From Sphagnum compactum (taxonomy: Eukaryota), in contig OZ234494.1 in NCBI GenBank assembly GCA_965153455.1, forward strand, positions 10,292,001 to 10,356,000: a stretch of 64,000 nt of DNA. The letters are read 5' to 3'. The translations under genes were made by a program, and so were the position numbers. The notes below the pieces were generated by a model. It searched no databases. It was given only the letters and a program-made list of their open reading frames with translations, and was not told the origin of the DNA. Numbering within the stretch: the stretch's first letter is position 1; the number at the start of each line of letters is the position of its first letter. Positions 52,901-64,000 of the stretch are shown in pieces.

Positions 52901-55900
52901 CACATATCATTTGGTTAGATTATTTTAAAACATGTTACCTTGGTTTGATTATTCTATAAATAGATACCTATAACTTGCAACTAGTCTCAAAATCCAATTT
53001 CTAAATTTCATTCCATTTATTTTCATGTGTAGCATTTTCTACCATGTCGTATGCTATAACATGCTGCTATGGTTAGATTGTGCTATAAATAGCCTATAAC
53101 TTAGAGTCCATTTTTTCCCTCTAAACCCCAGCCTCTAGCTTTCATTACATTAGTTTCATGTGCGGCATTGTTGTACTGAGTCCCAACAAAATGTAATGAG
53201 CATGGCTATTAATCATGTGATAAACCCTGCAATTTCGGACAATGAATTCAAAACATTGGTTGAATATGTTGAGTCAAAGCTACTCGAACGATATAATGAA
53301 AAGCTTAAAGCCCAATGGCAAGAGGAACGTGAAAAAAAGATTGTTACATATGTTGAAAACAAAATGCAAAACTTTGATGGAATTGTTGCTCCAGAAGTTG
53401 AACAAAGAAAATGGGGTTGGCACCCACTCTTTCACATCTTCACAACAATTCCATCATTATGGGCCCTTGCACCCACTTTTCCTTGGACACACAACAATAA
53501 TGAAGCCATAACCATATGTGATGGAATTTGTAACATGGAAAGGGTTAGTATATTTTACCCAGTGCCATGATGTGCAAGGTTTCTTAGGCTTTACACATTC
53601 TCAAAAAGAATAAACATTCCTCCAATTCACCCATTGCATGGTGGTACTAAAATGAATTGCAAACAATGGCTTTCTAAAGGACTCAACAACAAGCAATGGC
53701 ACACAATCTTGGCCATCATGCCCATGTTGTTTGCAAGTGGGGTGGGGTCATTGGCTCAAGAGGTTTGGCAAGCCCAAGTCCAGAAAGAATTTGAACACCT
53801 AACGGATTGTTCGACATGGTGGCCAATCTTCTACACTTGCTCACAAAATGTCGTACTATGAACCATCCAAGAATTTGTAATCAACAATAGGAAGGATTTC
53901 ATCAATGGGTGGCAAATTCATGAATGGGGTGCACTTGGGAATTCTTTTGATTCTACACTCACAAAATGGTTGATGTGACAAAAATACATTAATCTTGGTT
54001 GGGTTATTGCCAGAACATGTTAGAACACTACTTTTGAGGTTATTAACAATGTGTCATGTGTACCATCATGTACCATTCTACTCACTTGCTAAAACAAATT
54101 GTAACATGCAACGGCTAGTTTCTAAGATGTGGTGTAACATGACAACCTTTTAACATTATAACTCATTATTCTATAACCTGGTTTTTTATAATTATTACCA
54201 ATATGTAATGTGTCATCATGCATGTAGAATCTAATCACTTGGTATAACAAGATGTAACATGTGGCTAGTTTTTGGGTTGAAGTGTTACATGGCAATTTTT
54301 ACCATTATTAATTGTTTTTATCGGTCTTGGGTTAGGAGGCATTCCAAGTTTTGAATAAATGTAACATGAATAAAAGGTAGCCACATGTAAGAAGATGAAA
54401 GATTGTCACATGTAGAGGTACCTAGCTAGGGAACGGCTATTTGTGGGGTGAGATGTTGAAGTCACTGACGGTGATAACCATGTTTCTCGTGATGGTGTTT
54501 CGAATAGGATTGTGCACAAAACATGTGATCACAAAGATGTGCACCCTTTCATTATAGCTAGGGAGGATGGTCAATTAAGAACCACTGCACTAATAAACCA
54601 TAATTTGACAAATCAACAAACAAATAGTTACTCAAAGTTACCAAAAAAAGCCCAATTCCAATCAAGCCTAGCCCTTAGCTAGTTGGATAATCTCATAAAG
54701 TTTAAACCACACTTAAAATTCAACCAGCTGGATGTATGTATGTGCTTTGCCTCCCAAGGCCTTGATTACATAACCAATGTTGATTGGTCAACAAGAAATC
54801 TCAACACATCTCTTGCATTAGCAATGAAGTCAATATCTGCATATTATACATTATCTAGTGAGGTGCATGCTCTAGCCATCATTGTTCCTTCAAAGGCTTG
54901 TAGTTGGCTCCATTGCAACCCTCAAACATTGGCTAAAGAGTTTTCACATTTTTTTGAACATGCAAATCAATCTATAGATTGAAATTGCAATTAGGTTTCA
55001 TAATAAAAATTATCCACAAATTTCAACATTGTTATTTTGGGCAAATGTGTTAGTGTTTGCAAATGTTGGATCTCAAACTTGTTTCATAACAAAAGTGTCC
55101 ATTGTTTTTGACATTGATATTTTGGGCATGTGTATGATTATTGAAAAAATTAAATCATATTAACTTGTTCCCTTAGGTCTTTCATCAACACAATGAGGTT
55201 TTGCAACTTTTATAATGTTCACAAAGCTTCAAGTATAGAGATTGATCAAGTTTGTCTAAGTTGGAACCCAATTTTTTGACGTTTTCTATTGTTTGAAAAC
55301 TATGGTTATGTACCAAAATCAGTTCTTTGAAAATTTTGGTAATCATCAAGTAAGTGAGTATATACCATAGTTGATAAATAGTGGGTATCTTTCCTTAATT
55401 TTAAGAACTGCCCAACATTGATAAATATGCTAAAAGAGTGTGAGGTTCAAGTACAATAGGTATGTGTGCAAACCATTTTGTTATATTTCTTTGGATGGTT
55501 CTTTATTTTGTCAACTTTTTCATATGTTGATTTTAACCTCTAAAGAACAAGATGGATGTTTGTGTCCATTTTTAGAAATGTAAGTGACCATAATTTTTGG
55601 AGAAAAACATTTTTTCAAAAAACAATTGTACCATATGTTTAATGAGGACAACTACTTTGTGTAAAAAAAAAATTAAATAATAAAATTCATTATTTTAAAA
55701 GTGGATTGCAATCATAACATTTGGGTTCTAAAGGGTGGGAAATGTTGTCCATACTCCACCTGTCCAATAGGGGCATTTATGGGTGGGAGTTTGTTATTTT
55801 TTTGGGTAGCCCCAATAAAAGAAATTCTATTATACTATTATTTTGGGGGCTAATTAAGGGAGTTATGTCAACTTTTTTTTAGAAGGGTTGGTACAATATT

Positions 55901-58415
55901 ATTTCAATTTTTTCATGTAGCTAAAGTGGGGATCATCCTTAAGATGATTTAGCCAAATTTGAAAATTAAATAAACTGAAAATAAAAAATTTGTAGCCTCC
56001 TTCTATATTTGTGGCGACCTACCAAAACCTATTATAAAATGGGCAATTTATATTTTCACCCCTTGCCCAAGAAATTTTTATGGTTCCCTGGGGCATGAAG
56101 CCAAAATTATGAATAAAGTCAAATTATGATATGTGAATTAGTTCCAAATAAACTAATTAAATTTGAACATGTTTCTTCTATTTAGTTGTGTGCGTTTAAC
56201 ATTCAAATTTGGCATATACCTTGCATTTATTTTATTTTAAACATCTCATATGTATAATTTTGGTGATGCCATGTGATTTGCAAGTGGTGAGGAGAGTAAA
56301 GATATGTAATTTTATATTTAATGATGCATAATTTATATGTATACAATATGATATTTGGTTGTCATGTATTTCATGTATTTCATGTGTACTTTTGACTGTA
56401 AAATAATTGTAGATGGTGCACACAGCTTTGAGTTCAAATTATTAGAGGTATAGATGCATCAGTGATATGTAGGCATTTACTCCAAATGCAGCCAAAAAAA
56501 TTTAAGCATCATCATGACTAATATGACTTTACATCTATACGACCTTTTTTTCAAATATAACATTCATCTTTTTTTTCTAAATCTCAATATGTAGATGTGA
56601 AAACACACACCCTTTTTTGCCAAAATAAAGGCTTAGTCTTTTAGGGGTTAAAGGTCCCTTTGCACTAGAAAGGATAAGAGCACCACCTATATACAAAATC
56701 ACAGAGTTAAGCAACAGGTTTTAGTGCACTTTACACTACAAGTGTAAGCCTAAAAGACCAAGGAAATTTGAATTGATGAAAAGTGGACAAGTTTCCTACA
56801 GGGCTGGAAATAGATAATGTTTTATAGTCTACTAAACTATGGGATGAGTTTCAATGGCTCTTTGAAAATTCGTGGTTGTGGGCCTTAAGTCTCGTGTAAA
56901 AGAGCGCTCGGTAGGATTCGTGTTCAAAACACTTCCCACGCCAATTTCTCTTCATGGTCTCTTCATTTCAACATTTTCTGAAATATTTGTTCACTGTAAT
57001 TATGTGCAGAGAACTCTAGTAGTTCCCATGCACCACCCATAGACATGAAATTGGGATTGTAAAAGGTAAGAACAGCCTGTAGGTACAAACAATTTGACAA
57101 GGGTTTTGAGAGTTATGCTTTAGCTTTGTATCGGTTACCAATTTGTTGTACTTCCAATTTATCAAATTCATTTGGCATTCAAATCATCTTACCAACTGAC
57201 AATTGCATCAATTTCTGCTCCCCTACATCCAAACCCTATATCTTGAACGTGTCAGTTTAGGATCGCTGCTTCCTTTACTTTTGGGTGGTTTTGTACTGGA
57301 GTACATGCCCTAAGAGACAAAAATTCTGCCTTTAGTCACTCTTAGGAGGCACAATGCATATCCTAGGTCACTTTAGACAGGATTAAAGGCTGTAGGTAGG
57401 TCATACAGTACTAGATAAAGGGTCAGGTTACATGCCAGCCAGCCCATGCATGCCCTTGTTAGGCCAAAGCTCATGAGCTCAGTGGGCTAGTTAGAATCAG
57501 CACTACTCTAGGCATTACCTAAAGGACCTCACGGTTACAATGTGTGCCAGAATCATTACTACCCAATCTACTGTTCAAAGAAGGGGAACTGCTGGGAGAA
57601 CTCATGGGAATTGGCACTGACAACTGAAACCACCATCTGCGAGACCCTAAAATGGTGCCAAATTAGCTCAAGTAGAAGTGCAAAATATGCTTAAAACGTG
57701 CTCCACCCCCACACAAGCACCTCGACCCTTGTAGTTCAAATTCAAAAAATGTCGAATTTTACAGTGCACTTTCAAACATCCAAGCTTCCAAGGCATTTAG
57801 CAGCGGACCACCTAAATCACCAGTCACTTCATTGCAAATGGGATATCATCCATTTCTCTCAATGTTATCCATTTTTAGGAACTCCACCACTTCAGAGCAC
57901 AGATCACCAAAGTGACCGGCTTGATCCACACATATTGTGCATGAAATATTTACACAAAAGTTATACCTATAATACTCATATTCAGCAAACTACTGCCTTC
58001 CCTTGCTACTATAGTTAGAGAGTCCTAACTAGGCAAGAGAGCCCTATCAAAGACTAAGACTTTTGATCGATATTTTTTCAAGCCAAGTTAACCACAAAAT
58101 GTGGTCTGTTATTGCAGCTGCATGAGAAAAGATCATGCCCACCTTCCCAATAGAAGGTAGAGAGAAGACAGACAGACAGACAGACAGACAGATCAGAAAA
58201 GTTTGATCCGATCAATGAGTACCAAATCTCAAGGTGTGGAAGAATAGCAATCAACTGTCAAGTTGATTAGCCTAGGTATATGATCACATCAGCTTAATTC
58301 ATAGAATACCAGCAAGAGTGGAGAGTCACTTGATTCCTGCCATGGGATGCGAGTCAAGATCAAAGGAAAAATGAGTGAAAGGCTGCATCTATGTTATGAA
58401 GGGTACTCTAAAATG

Positions 58416-61185
58416 TCAATGGTGGTAAATTGGAGGAAGATGGAGGAGAGGATCAACTGTTTTACCTTCCTTGTGAATTTCAAAGTGAAGGTGGGGGCCA
58501 GAGGAATGCCCAGTGTTACCAGAGAGTGCGATGACTTGAGATTTTCGTACAAATTGGCTGGGTTGAACAAGCAGGTCATCACAGTGTGCATAAAGTGTAA
58601 CAAAGCCATTGCCATGATCCAGGCATACAGTCTTTCCATATCCACCTTTCCATCCTGACCATGTTACCTGTGCATCATGCAACATGACAATGTCACTATC
58701 AAGGGAAGAAGTCAAATGCAGGAGAAACAACCAATGTCTCACCACAGGCTGCTGATGTGAGGGCAACATTTTCTACATTCTAGAAACAAGGAGAGGCATG
58801 TACCATGTTCAAATGAAAAGAAAATTGAATATATGACCGAAGAAAACAACAACATGTGTACTGCTTGTGAAAAGGTCAAATTCAGAGGAAAACACTGCAA
58901 AGCAGAAACTCAAGAGTGCTTGACTTACTCTGCCACTGGTTGAAGCAATCACCTCTGTGCCTCGCTCAAGGGCTATATCAATACCATTATGAAAGTACCA
59001 ACGCCCATCTACAGTTAAACATCATATGTCAGCTACAAATAAACAGCTGCCTGGCTCAGGAAGAAAGAAGGAAGATGGACAAGGGAAAAAACGGAAGTAA
59101 GACAACATAGACTCACATGACTCTGAGAAATAATTAGCTACTTTTTTATTGGTATTTGACAGTTCATTATATCTGCCTTTACATTTAGAAAGCAAGCCAA
59201 GATGTATCCAGACTTCAAAATTGGTGAAGCTGAACTCACCTTTCCAACCATAGAAGGAGCTGAGCCAGCCACCTTGGCATGGCACACCAAATGGCTCTGG
59301 TTGCCATTTTGGCAGAAGTGCTTGGACTATTTTGTTGTGAACCAAGGGTCTTAATGCTGGGATGCTTGCAACATTTTCTGGTCGTAGTAAATACCTCAAG
59401 GGGGGTCCTCTGGACACTGATATACAATTTGTTTGTTGCGGGGTTGGAATAATGAGCTCTTGTCCCAAGTAAAGATGGTTCAAATCCTGCAAGAGTTACA
59501 GAGTGTCCAGTTAGTGTGTTTGTTTACTATTACTACATTCAGACCCATAAAATAACCAAAATTTCTTTGATACTGAGCCTCATTGGTGAATGGGTCTATC
59601 CACTAGCTCTGTACCCTCAAGGTATCCACTGATTGTGGCTCACTGACCTAGCTCAGGTCTCTATCAGAGATCATAATTTAGCACATAGAAGGGGGATCCA
59701 GAAACAAAGGGTATGTTGAAAACCTGAGGCAAATTGTTGGCCCTGCGGATTTCATCAGCACTCACATTGTAGTCCTCAGCCAAGCTCCAGAGAGTATCAC
59801 CCCAATTGGCTATGACTCGCTTCTCCTCTTTGTTTTTGCTATCCCCTGCTTTCAAAAAAATTTAGGCAAGTCTCATTATGCACATGCTGTTCTGTTAAGA
59901 CTGAAAACTTTAACCTTGGCACCAGGTACTATTGTTATGACCAATTCCGGTGCCAAAGACTCTTAAGGATCATTTGCGATTCTGGCCTTTCAGAACTCCA
60001 ATACTCTTTGAGCTTTATAATTTGTAGGTGACAAACCAGATTCATTCTCCTATGAGTTCCATACCATTACACCCATCTCTATGTACCTTGCATGTTCTAG
60101 CGAATAATTGTAAAACCCCTCTTTTTGAGCCTCATAACTACATAGTAGTGAAGCTCTGAGGTTGGCATGTACAAGGCTGCATGTGAATTGAGTAACAACA
60201 ACCAGAACAACTCAGAAGTCACAACCAGTAAGCAAAGTACACCAGAGAGAGGAGGAACAGGATACTCACAGAATCGTTTGCGTTTGGTGTGATTGGCCAC
60301 ATTCCTTGGTATCAGCAAGGCTTGGCCAGGCTGCACATAAGCACAATACCCTTCCTTTCAGTCTTCTCCTTTCACATTCCTTTAGCTAAGAACTACAGCT
60401 GTAGATAGTGTGCTCTTTATCCTGTGTACTCTTTAAGCATGTCAGATGGAATCATCAAGCTTACCCTTTCTCCATTATGCACATGTTTCTTGTTGGGGAA
60501 AGACAAGTGCAAATGCATGTCAAGTTCTGCCACACGCATTGCTCTGTTCCAAATCCTAAACCCTAAACCCGGGCTTCATTCCAAGTCCATTGAATTACAT
60601 GAGAATCTACTGATTTTGACAAAGGCAAGCAGAGATGACACCATTTTCAGGTCATTTGAAAACCTTGCAAATGCAAATACACAAAAAGGAAGTTCAAAAC
60701 ATGAAACACAACATTACTGCATTTACCTTCAGCGATTCAATATTAGCAATGCTGTTCACACGCTGCAGAATATTGATGGGTACTCTCACTAATCTTGAGA
60801 TTTCTGACAAGCAGTCTCCCTCACGGGCCACGAGCGTTGAGAACTCAACTTCAGAATAATCCTGCTGCTGCTGCTTCTCTGCATGCTCCTCCTCAACTTC
60901 CTCTGGTAGATTTGCAACAGACGATAAGGAGCTTTGACTGCTACATGCCCAAGACTGTAACACTTGCACTAGCACACCAGGCTTGTTGTTATTTCCAGAC
61001 TCTGGAGATTGAGCCACCCTTGCATCTGCCCTAAGGGTATCACTGCTTATAAGCGACTCTTTCAGCTCCGAAATTGTCGATCTGTCAGCACAATCATCTT
61101 CTCGGAACAGAGATCTGAGATTCTTCCTCTTCAGTATTTTGTGTGGGCCTGGATCTGAGTCTTCTTCTTCCACCCATGCTGTCAT
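58416..61185 (-). CDS. 2x LysM + peptidase M23 (NlpD/MepM-like) protein, 6 coding exons, ~406 aa; start codon uncertain
   Basis: Exons 61185-60727, 60330-60270, 59845-59724, 59486-59240, 59008-58929 and 58667-58416 with GT-AG introns in frame; LysM GDCLSEIS..PGQALLIP and GDTLWSLA..LGQELIIP; M23 motifs HNGID, YAHC and GPHLHFE. Confidence 0.9.
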
Positions 61186-62070
61186 CTCCAGGGACTGCAA
61201 GAACCAGAACTGCTGCCTCCAACCTTTGGTCCTCAGTCACTTCACAGTGGGATCAGGACTAGAGATTCTTTTGAAGAACCGTCTGATCAAGGCGTTCGCA
61301 GTTCTCGCAGGGGCGCCGCTTGTATGTTCGTCACCGTAATATACTTCTTGTAATGGAATTCTGGCAATTTGTGTCACCACTCTAACCTTGTAATGCGACG
61401 AAAATTCTCCGTTCAAGACCTATCTGCAGTTCCGGGGAAGAGTATCAGGAGGTACAGAAAGCGTCACAGCCAACTAAGAAGAAGAACCTCAAATCAAACC
61501 GAAGACAATACTACAAAGTGGCGCAATCCTTTTCGACCTCATACAGTTTTTGGACGGAACGTTCCTCCTTTCCCTGGCGGACATTCTCCACATCGACCAG
61601 CCGCGGACGAGATTCTTTTAAGAGATCGAGACATGATCATGACAGCAGCTTCTGAGAAAATAGTTTCCGACCAAGACGGCAAAGCTTACCTCGGAAGAGA
61701 GAGACAAATTGGTGCGGAGGGACTTAGAGAAGTGCTAACAAGGAGTACAGCACATGAGGATAGCGAAACAAAGGACACAATCCTTGCTATAAGACTCAGA
61801 TAGAAACTGTCGATTGTAAGCTTTCAAGCAGAACAGAAATTGGAGGAAGATAGAACACAACTGCAAAGGATCGAGCGACGAGAAGAACATATGACTCTAT
61901 TCAATGTTCAAGAAATCCAAGATCAAAAGGTAATGAATACCTAATGAGCCGCAAGAATCGTAGACTCGGTCGCCGATGACAGCAGGAATAACAATCTACA
62001 GCAGCAAACTAATGCGCAGAGCTAGTCGGACGCACAAAAAGTTCCTGTGAGCAACTCTTTCTCGGATCCG

Positions 62071-62310
62071 AAAACAGCAAAAGCGCAACGGACAGTAAAC
62101 ATACTAATGGCACCGCAAAACCTCTTCCGATGCACTCAAAAACTGAACTATTATTGCGAGAATTTGGCGAGATATACCGGGGACAAAGGAGATCGGGCAT
62201 CAATTCAATTCAGAGAAAACAGCAAAAGCGAAACGGACAGTAAACATACTAATAGCAATGCAAAACTCTACCGATGAACTCAAAAACTGAACTATTATTG
62301 CTAGAATTTG
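62071..62310. repeat. ~95-bp imperfect direct duplication upstream of the LysM-M23 CDS
   Basis: aaacagcaaaagcg..cggacagtaaacatactaat..ctcaaaaactgaactattattgc at ~62072 and ~62217. Confidence 0.8.
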
Positions 62311-62898
62311 CTCCTCCAATTTAAGAAACCAAAATACGAAAAGCCAGTAAACACAATCGCGAGAGATAGCGAGGACAAAGGAGATCGAGGACAAAGGAGA
62401 TTGGGCATCAATTCAGAGAAAATTGATCAGAGTCAGACAAAAGAAACTCACTGGAATCTGGCGAGAAAAGAAACTGTTACTGAAGAAAGTGGCGTCGACT
62501 TGCTCCTCCCTCGTATCGCGGACTGTTTCCTACGAATCCGTGTCTGTTTTAGCAATGCAGCTATAAGCGGATACCGCAATAGCGCAAGTGTGATAGTCAA
62601 TACAGGCTGTCGTCGTCGTCTTCTATAGTTTTGCTAAACTCAGCAAAGTCATTAGATAATGAATCGAGACTCTTTCCAAGAGTTGCGTAACGCAATTCTC
62701 CTCCAGAATTTTTTCTAATGTACTCACGACACACTGCTGCTGCCCCTGCAAAATCCCCCAAAACAGGTGAATGCTGCCTGCCACCAGCTTACCTATTTGT
62801 GAGAGAATTGCACGTTCGCTACATGACCGTGCGATCAAAGTAATTTCGAAAGTGCGTAAAAACTGGAAACGATCACTTGCATATATAGAGATAGGTAC

Positions 62899-62900
<2 letters not shown>

Positions 62901-62943
<43 letters not shown>
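62901..62943. repeat. (CT)n microsatellite
   Basis: About 21 CT units. Confidence 0.95.
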
Positions 62944-62945
<2 letters not shown>

Positions 62946-64000
62946 GTTTATTTATGTATTGGAAGGAAAAAAGGAATTCCACAATCAAGAGAAAAAAGTT
63001 TCTCTCAACAACCTTTCTCAACACAATCCATTACGCAAACACGGAAACAGAATGTCAACAAACAAGCCTATTATTAAGGTCCAAGAGTCCCTGCTGCACT
63101 GGAATGTGGACCAAAAAAGGAAAGCAATCTAGAAACAGAGACGAGAGTATCAATATGTATCGAACCCCGCAGAAAAAAAGCTTCCTGTACAGCTGAGTCC
63201 GTAATGAGTAGAAAAAATCCAACCAAACATAAATAAAAATGCTGAAGACAGAGAAACGAATGCGAGCAAGAGACTTTGGGGAGAATAAAATGCACGACGG
63301 CAAAGCGCGTACAGAAAAAACAAACGAAGCCAGGAGGAGAAGAAGCCGTAGAAGAGCGCAACGAAGGAAGAAGATCAAGGGGGGTTTTGGGTTTTTTTTT
63401 TTTTTCTTGGGGCAGCCGACAACGCGTCCCGTGTATCGTATCCCGATGTTGCGCCCTAATTTAATGCTCCGCAAACCCCCCACTACCCAACTACCCAACT
63501 ACCGGCTCTCAAAAACCCCCAATACTAACGGTTCCCAATTTCCAAAAGCTGGCACAAGAAATAATAAAAGGAGAATGACGTTGTTTTGGGGGGGGGGGTG
63601 TGTAGGCACCTAAATTGCTTTATGAGTTTTATACTAATTTATTAGCGTAGTGTTTTTTTTCACCCCCACGGCTCCACCCCCCGGCCCTCCCCCACGATTG
63701 GGCCATAAGATATATTCACCTATCTTCATTGCACGCCGACAATCTAGGCACTAATAACATTAGGAGTTTTTGGACGCCCACTTTCCTAGGTTTTTGCACT
63801 TTTTTGGGGAGGGTTAAATAAGTTTCTAATGGCCTTGGGGGGGGGGGGTTTTGGAAGCCCACTCTCCTAGGTGAAAACAAACCCTTTTTGGGCCTTTTAC
63901 AAGCCCCTAGGTTTTCACATGATTTGGGGGGGAGGGGGTTTCGAGTATAAACCCATGTTGGACCGTTGGAAGCCCAGCACCCTAGGTTCTCTCACTTTTT

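Noticed and set aside
50251-55420. CAGTGTTG...CAACATTG as the ends of one hAT element
   Set aside because: The flanking 8-mers do not match, so no TSD supports the pairing.
61369-63613. Several 100-150 aa ORFs upstream of the LysM-M23 gene
   Set aside because: They are low-complexity, span microsatellites and poly-T tracts, and are probably 5' UTR, intron or promoter sequence.

Overview
AT-rich, intron-containing land-plant DNA; gene content (LysM-M23 peptidase, Tcn1-like chromovirus) suggests a bryophyte, possibly Sphagnum (inference). Three spliced host genes lie on the minus strand: RNA polymerase I/III subunit RPAC2 (its first donor reads AT instead of GT), a BAHD acyltransferase with duplicated gene ends, and a bacterial-type 2xLysM + M23 peptidase. 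The rest is mostly transposon-derived: a full-length Tcn1-like chromovirus (2601-8745) with a self-priming PBS and a -1 frameshift pseudoknot, a decayed hAT element with related MITEs, and a decayed Ty3/gypsy fragment. The standout is a Ty3/gypsy element at 30921-38032 that encodes RT, RNase H, a DDE integrase and a PHD finger but has split direct repeats (A1-internal-B1-A2-B2) instead of two LTRs. Its PPT and self-PBS define the LTR as B+A, while the TG...CA integration ends and 4-bp TSD map to the internal B|A junction. This suggests integration of a circular 2-LTR intermediate cut inside an LTR. All coordinates were read by eye and no database searches were run.
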